A stretch of 64,000 bases of DNA, taken from positions 192,001 through 256,000 of the forward strand of contig JAYQJW010000002.1 of the NCBI GenBank assembly GCA_038142325.1. Reading direction: 5' to 3'. Below the pieces are notes generated by a model. It made no database searches and had not been told where the DNA came from. It saw only the letters and a program-made list of their open reading frames with translations. This document shows, one piece after another, positions 60,273 through 64,000 of this stretch. Within the stretch, counting starts at the first letter, position 1. Each line of letters starts with the position of its first letter. The position numbers and the translations under genes are program-made. This DNA is from Gammaproteobacteria bacterium (GTDB lineage: Bacteria; Pseudomonadota; Gammaproteobacteria; GCA-002705445; GCA-002716945).

Positions 60273-60596
60273 TTATAAATTTTTATCTAAAAAACTTGAT
60301 AGTTCACTTTTCGAGAGTACACCAACGCTTGTGTCAGCTTTTTCACCATTTTTAAATAGTATTAGAGTTGGTATACCTCTAATTCCATATTTCTGAGTAT
60401 TCGATGGATTATGATCTATATTAAGTTTAACGAATTTAACTTTGTCAGAATAATCGGATGCAACTTCATCAATAACTGGACCAAGTACTTTGCAAGGTCC
60501 GCACCATTCAGCCCAAAAATCTATAAGAACAGGTTTGTCTGATTCTAATACTTCAGAATCAAAATTCTCATCATTTATATCTATAGCATTGCTCAT
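60273..60596 (-). CDS. trxA: Thioredoxin
   Basis: WAEWCGPCK; upstream of rho. Confidence 0.97.
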   Translation of the reverse strand: MSNAIDINDENFDSEVLESDKPVLIDFWAEWCGPCKVLGPVIDEVASDYSDKVKFVKLNIDHNPSNTQKYGIRGIPTLILFKNGEKADTSVGVLSKSELSSFLDKNL

Positions 60597-60734
60597 AAAA
60601 CGTCTCCATTAATTTTTTATCTGACGATTGGTTGATTACGATTTGATTTGTAACTTTGAGTATCACTATGATTAAATAGTTTAATATTCATGTCAAGTTA
60701 TTCTTTAAACAACAGGTGAATAAATTCTGATAGT

Positions 60735-61184
60735 ATGTCAAATATGAAAATCTCCCAAAATAAATTAGTCAGCATGACTTATTCTATATACGAAAAAGAT
60801 TGTTTAGTTGAAAATGTAGAATCCCCAGTTAGTTTTATTTTTGGTAAAGAGACTAATCTACTACCAATTGTTGAAAATTCCTTAAATGGAAAAGAGACTG
60901 GTAGTGAAATTTCCATAGAAGTCAGCCCTGAACTAGGCTTTGGAAAGATTGATGAAAATCTTATATTCATTGATGAATTAAAAAATGTTCCTTCTGAGTA
61001 CAGAAAAGTTGGCCTTGAAATCGATTTTGCTAACGAAAAAGGAATTAAAAAGAAATTCAGAGTTAGTAAAATCGACGGCGATAAAATTACCTTCGATGGC
61101 AACCATCTATTCGCAGGGAAGAGTCTTGTTTATAAAATTAAAATTATAGACGTGAAGGAAACTGAAGCAGTCAAAAACGAATAG
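60735..61184 (+). CDS. FKBP-type peptidyl-prolyl isomerase (SlyD-like, no His-rich tail)
   Basis: SPELGFG, DGNHLFAGKSL. Confidence 0.8.
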   Translation: MSNMKISQNKLVSMTYSIYEKDCLVENVESPVSFIFGKETNLLPIVENSLNGKETGSEISIEVSPELGFGKIDENLIFIDELKNVPSEYRKVGLEIDFANEKGIKKKFRVSKIDGDKITFDGNHLFAGKSLVYKIKIIDVKETEAVKNE

Positions 61185-61271
61185 CATTTTTTCTTCTTTA
61201 ATATTTAACTCAATGCATTATACTTATTCAAATTCGCATTATTATTAAACACACATATTGGGTAAATATTT

Positions 61272-62473
61272 ATGACTAATTTAATTATGCCTCATGGCTC
61301 AAACGAACTTAATACATTATATATAGAAGACGAAATGGCAAGATCATCGATGTTATCTGCTGCTGCAGAAATGCGAAGTATTGAGATTACATCTGCCGCA
61401 GCTGCGAATGCAGTAATGATGGGAGCTGGTTACTTTAATCCTCTTACTGGGTTTATGAATAAAGAGGAAGCATTAAAGGTTTCTACAGAAATGCTAACAT
61501 TAAACAATCTTTTTGGCCTGTACCAATCGTAAATATAACTAAGGATGCAAACTCACTAGATTATACTCATGGTGAAGAGATAGCATTAAAAGATCCAAAT
61601 GTTGAAGGCAACCCTGTAATCGCAATTCAAAGGATTGAAAATGTAGAAAAATTAAGCGATGACGATATCGATACAATCGTAACCAACGTTTTCGGAACAA
61701 ATGATGAAAATCATCCAGGTGTAAAAAATTTTAAAGATCAGGGTAGATATATCATTTCTGGTTCAATAGAAGTTCTCAACTATAGCTATTTCCCAAATGA
61801 CTTTCCTGAGACATTTGCTACAGCACCAGGTATTAGAGAAATGCTTACTAAAGCAGGTTGGTCAAAGACTGTAGCGTTTCAAACTAGAAATCCGATGCAC
61901 AGGGCACATGAAGAGTTGTGTAAAATGGCTTATGAAAGACTTGATGCTGATGGAGTACTGATACATATGCTTCTTGGCAAACTTAAGGAAGGCGATATTC
62001 CTGGTGATGTGAGAGATTCGGCCATTAGAAAAATGGTGGAACTTTATTTTCCAGAAAACACAGCTATCATATCAGGATTTGGTTTCGATATGATGTATGC
62101 AGGTCCTCGTGAAGCTCTACTTCATGCAGTATTTAGACAAAATGCAGGTTGCACTCACCTAATCGTTGGCAGAGATCATGCTGGTGTTGGTGATTATTAT
62201 GAACCGTTTGATGCACAAGACATATTTGATAAAGACGTTGTCCGAGATTCACTTAAAATTGAAATTTTCAAGGCAGACCATACTGCATACTCAAAAAAGC
62301 TCAACAAAGTAGTTATGATGCGAGATGCTGAGGATCACACTAAAGATGATTTCGTATTGCTATCTGGGACTAAAGTAAGAGAAATGCTTGCAGCTGGTCA
62401 GGACTTACCACCAGAATTTGCTAGAAAAGAGGTAGCGCAAATACTCATGACTTACTATCAGCAGAAAGGATAA
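61272..62473 (+). CDS. sat: Sulfate adenylyltransferase (frameshift near 61510)
   Basis: PHG, F.PLTGFM, AFQTRNPMHRAHE, YAGPREA, VGRDHAGVG, SGTKVR. Confidence 0.95.
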
Positions 62474-62611
62474 GTAAAAACCTCATTAAAATGGATGAAA
62501 ATATAAGTAAAATTAAGTAAATAATTAATTCCTAATATTCTTAATTTTGGCTATAATGTTCATCGAGCAGTAAATCAAGGACTGCTAATATATTAAGAAT
62601 AGGGAGAAAAC

Positions 62612-63403
62612 ATGCTAGCTTACAATCCATTTTCAGATCTGGGAGCGTCTATACCGCCTTTTGCAATGCAAGCTTTTTTAATTGCAATGGTACTTTTGGT
62701 AATTGGGGGAGTGGTACTCGACATGATGCACAAAAAGAATGTTAAATACTTTTTCGAAAACGCTAAAAAGGCTAAACAATCTGCTACACGAGAATTATCA
62801 TCAGGTGAAAAAGTAACGATTATTGCTAAAACCGTAGCATCAGACATAATGACATCATCTGAATTTTGCACATTCCAAAGACGTGCAGCTCACTTGCTAG
62901 GAATGTATGGAACTATTATTTTCTGGGTAACTTCTGCTATGTTAATTTTTAGTTACTCTACCCCATCATCTAATGCCCCATCTATGATACCTGTACTATG
63001 GCACGTGGGAGCAATTATGACATGTGTTGGTGGTTTTTGGTTTTGGTTCGCAATAAGGGTTAATGTATCTGCAGAGGGCCACCCTTGGTATCACGTAATG
63101 TTTGCAGATTTATTTGTGCTAGCACTTCTTGCTTCACAATCAACAGCCTTATTATGGTCTGTAACTCAAGGTTCTGGTTCAATGCTAAGCGGTTTATTTT
63201 TGATTTTGTTCATTGTATCGAACGTTGTTTTATTTGGGGGAGTGTATTGGTCTAAATTTGCTCACATGTTTTATAAGCCTGGAGCAGCAATACAAAAGCA
63301 CTTAGCTAAAGCTGATGGTTCAAATAGTAACTTACCTGAACCAGCAGACAAACCAAAACAGTTTGGGTTGGGTATTAGACGTGAGTCACCGAAAAATTAT
63401 TAA
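62612..63403 (+). CDS. aprM: APS reductase membrane anchor AprM
   Basis: Multi-TM protein; MMHKKNVKYFF, HLLGMYG, WSKFAHMFYKP; upstream of aprB. Confidence 0.9.
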   Translation: MLAYNPFSDLGASIPPFAMQAFLIAMVLLVIGGVVLDMMHKKNVKYFFENAKKAKQSATRELSSGEKVTIIAKTVASDIMTSSEFCTFQRRAAHLLGMYGTIIFWVTSAMLIFSYSTPSSNAPSMIPVLWHVGAIMTCVGGFWFWFAIRVNVSAEGHPWYHVMFADLFVLALLASQSTALLWSVTQGSGSMLSGLFLILFIVSNVVLFGGVYWSKFAHMFYKPGAAIQKHLAKADGSNSNLPEPADKPKQFGLGIRRESPKNY

Positions 63404-63432
63404 TAACTATATGGAGATAAGGAGATAAGATT

Positions 63433-63924
63433 ATGTCAACTTTTGTATATATGACAAGGTGTGATGGTTGCGGGATGTGTGTAGACATTTGCCCTTCAGA
63501 CATCATGCACATAGATAAAACATTAAGACGTGCAGTTAATATCGAACCAAATATGTGTTGGGAATGTTACTCATGTGTTAAAGCTTGTGATCAAAATGCT
63601 ATAGATGCTCGTGGATATGCTGATTTTTCACCATTGGGCCACAGTGTTAGAGCATTAAGAGAAGAAGAAAAAGGAACTATTTCTTGGAAAATTAAATTTA
63701 GAAATGGCACAGAAAAGAACTTCTGTTCTCCTATAACAACTAAACCATGGGGTGAATATATTCCTGAGCTAGCTTCAGAACCTTCTCCAAGTAAAGACGT
63801 TTATGATGGTGAGTTACTCTATAATGAACCAAAATATCTAAAAACTGGTGAGGTCCAAACTGCTCCTGACGGTTTACCTGAAATGACAAAAATTGGTAAA
63901 TTAAAACAAGGAGTGTACTACTAA
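63433..63924 (+). CDS. aprB: Adenylylsulfate reductase beta subunit
   Basis: CDGCGMCVDICP and CWECYSCVKAC two [4Fe-4S] motifs, RGYADF. Confidence 0.96.
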   Translation: MSTFVYMTRCDGCGMCVDICPSDIMHIDKTLRRAVNIEPNMCWECYSCVKACDQNAIDARGYADFSPLGHSVRALREEEKGTISWKIKFRNGTEKNFCSPITTKPWGEYIPELASEPSPSKDVYDGELLYNEPKYLKTGEVQTAPDGLPEMTKIGKLKQGVYY

Positions 63925-64000
63925 TGGCTAGAAAAACACATTATGAAGATTGCGATATTCTTGTAGTTGGTGGAGGCATGGCCGGTACTGGTGCAGCTTT
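63924..64000 (+). CDS. aprA: Adenylylsulfate reductase alpha subunit, N-terminus (runs out of window)
   Basis: MARKTHYEDCDILVVGGGMAGTGAA; ATG overlaps the aprB stop. Confidence 0.92.
   Translation, partial: MARKTHYEDCDILVVGGGMAGTGAA

Overview
AT-rich, very densely packed chromosomal segment from a streamlined bacterium. Gene content and order point to a probably marine gammaproteobacterium. It carries about 65 housekeeping or metabolic CDSs and two tRNAs (Arg-CCG, Phe-GAA). Main modules: a sigma54/NtrC-controlled porin-glnK-amtB unit, speE/speD, priA-argS, a ~23 kb minus-strand run from rpsU to metW, an aa3-type cytochrome c oxidase cluster, rpoH, rho/trxA and a sat-aprM-aprB-aprA sulfite-oxidation cluster. 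About 20 genes, including normally essential ones, are split by single-base indels, several in homopolymers, most likely long-read consensus errors. I saw no CRISPR array, integrase or transposase. Most notable observations: (1) a three-DnaA-box element with the geometry of a DARS (DnaA-reactivating sequence) core between priA and an HNH nuclease gene; (2) a circularly permuted gltD-hemE-aroK-aroB-gltB block placed between yqeY and dnaG, with tight junctions; (3) a recurring -10 hexamer exactly 6 nt before start codons, suggesting frequent leaderless mRNAs. All calls come from reading the sequence; no searches were run.
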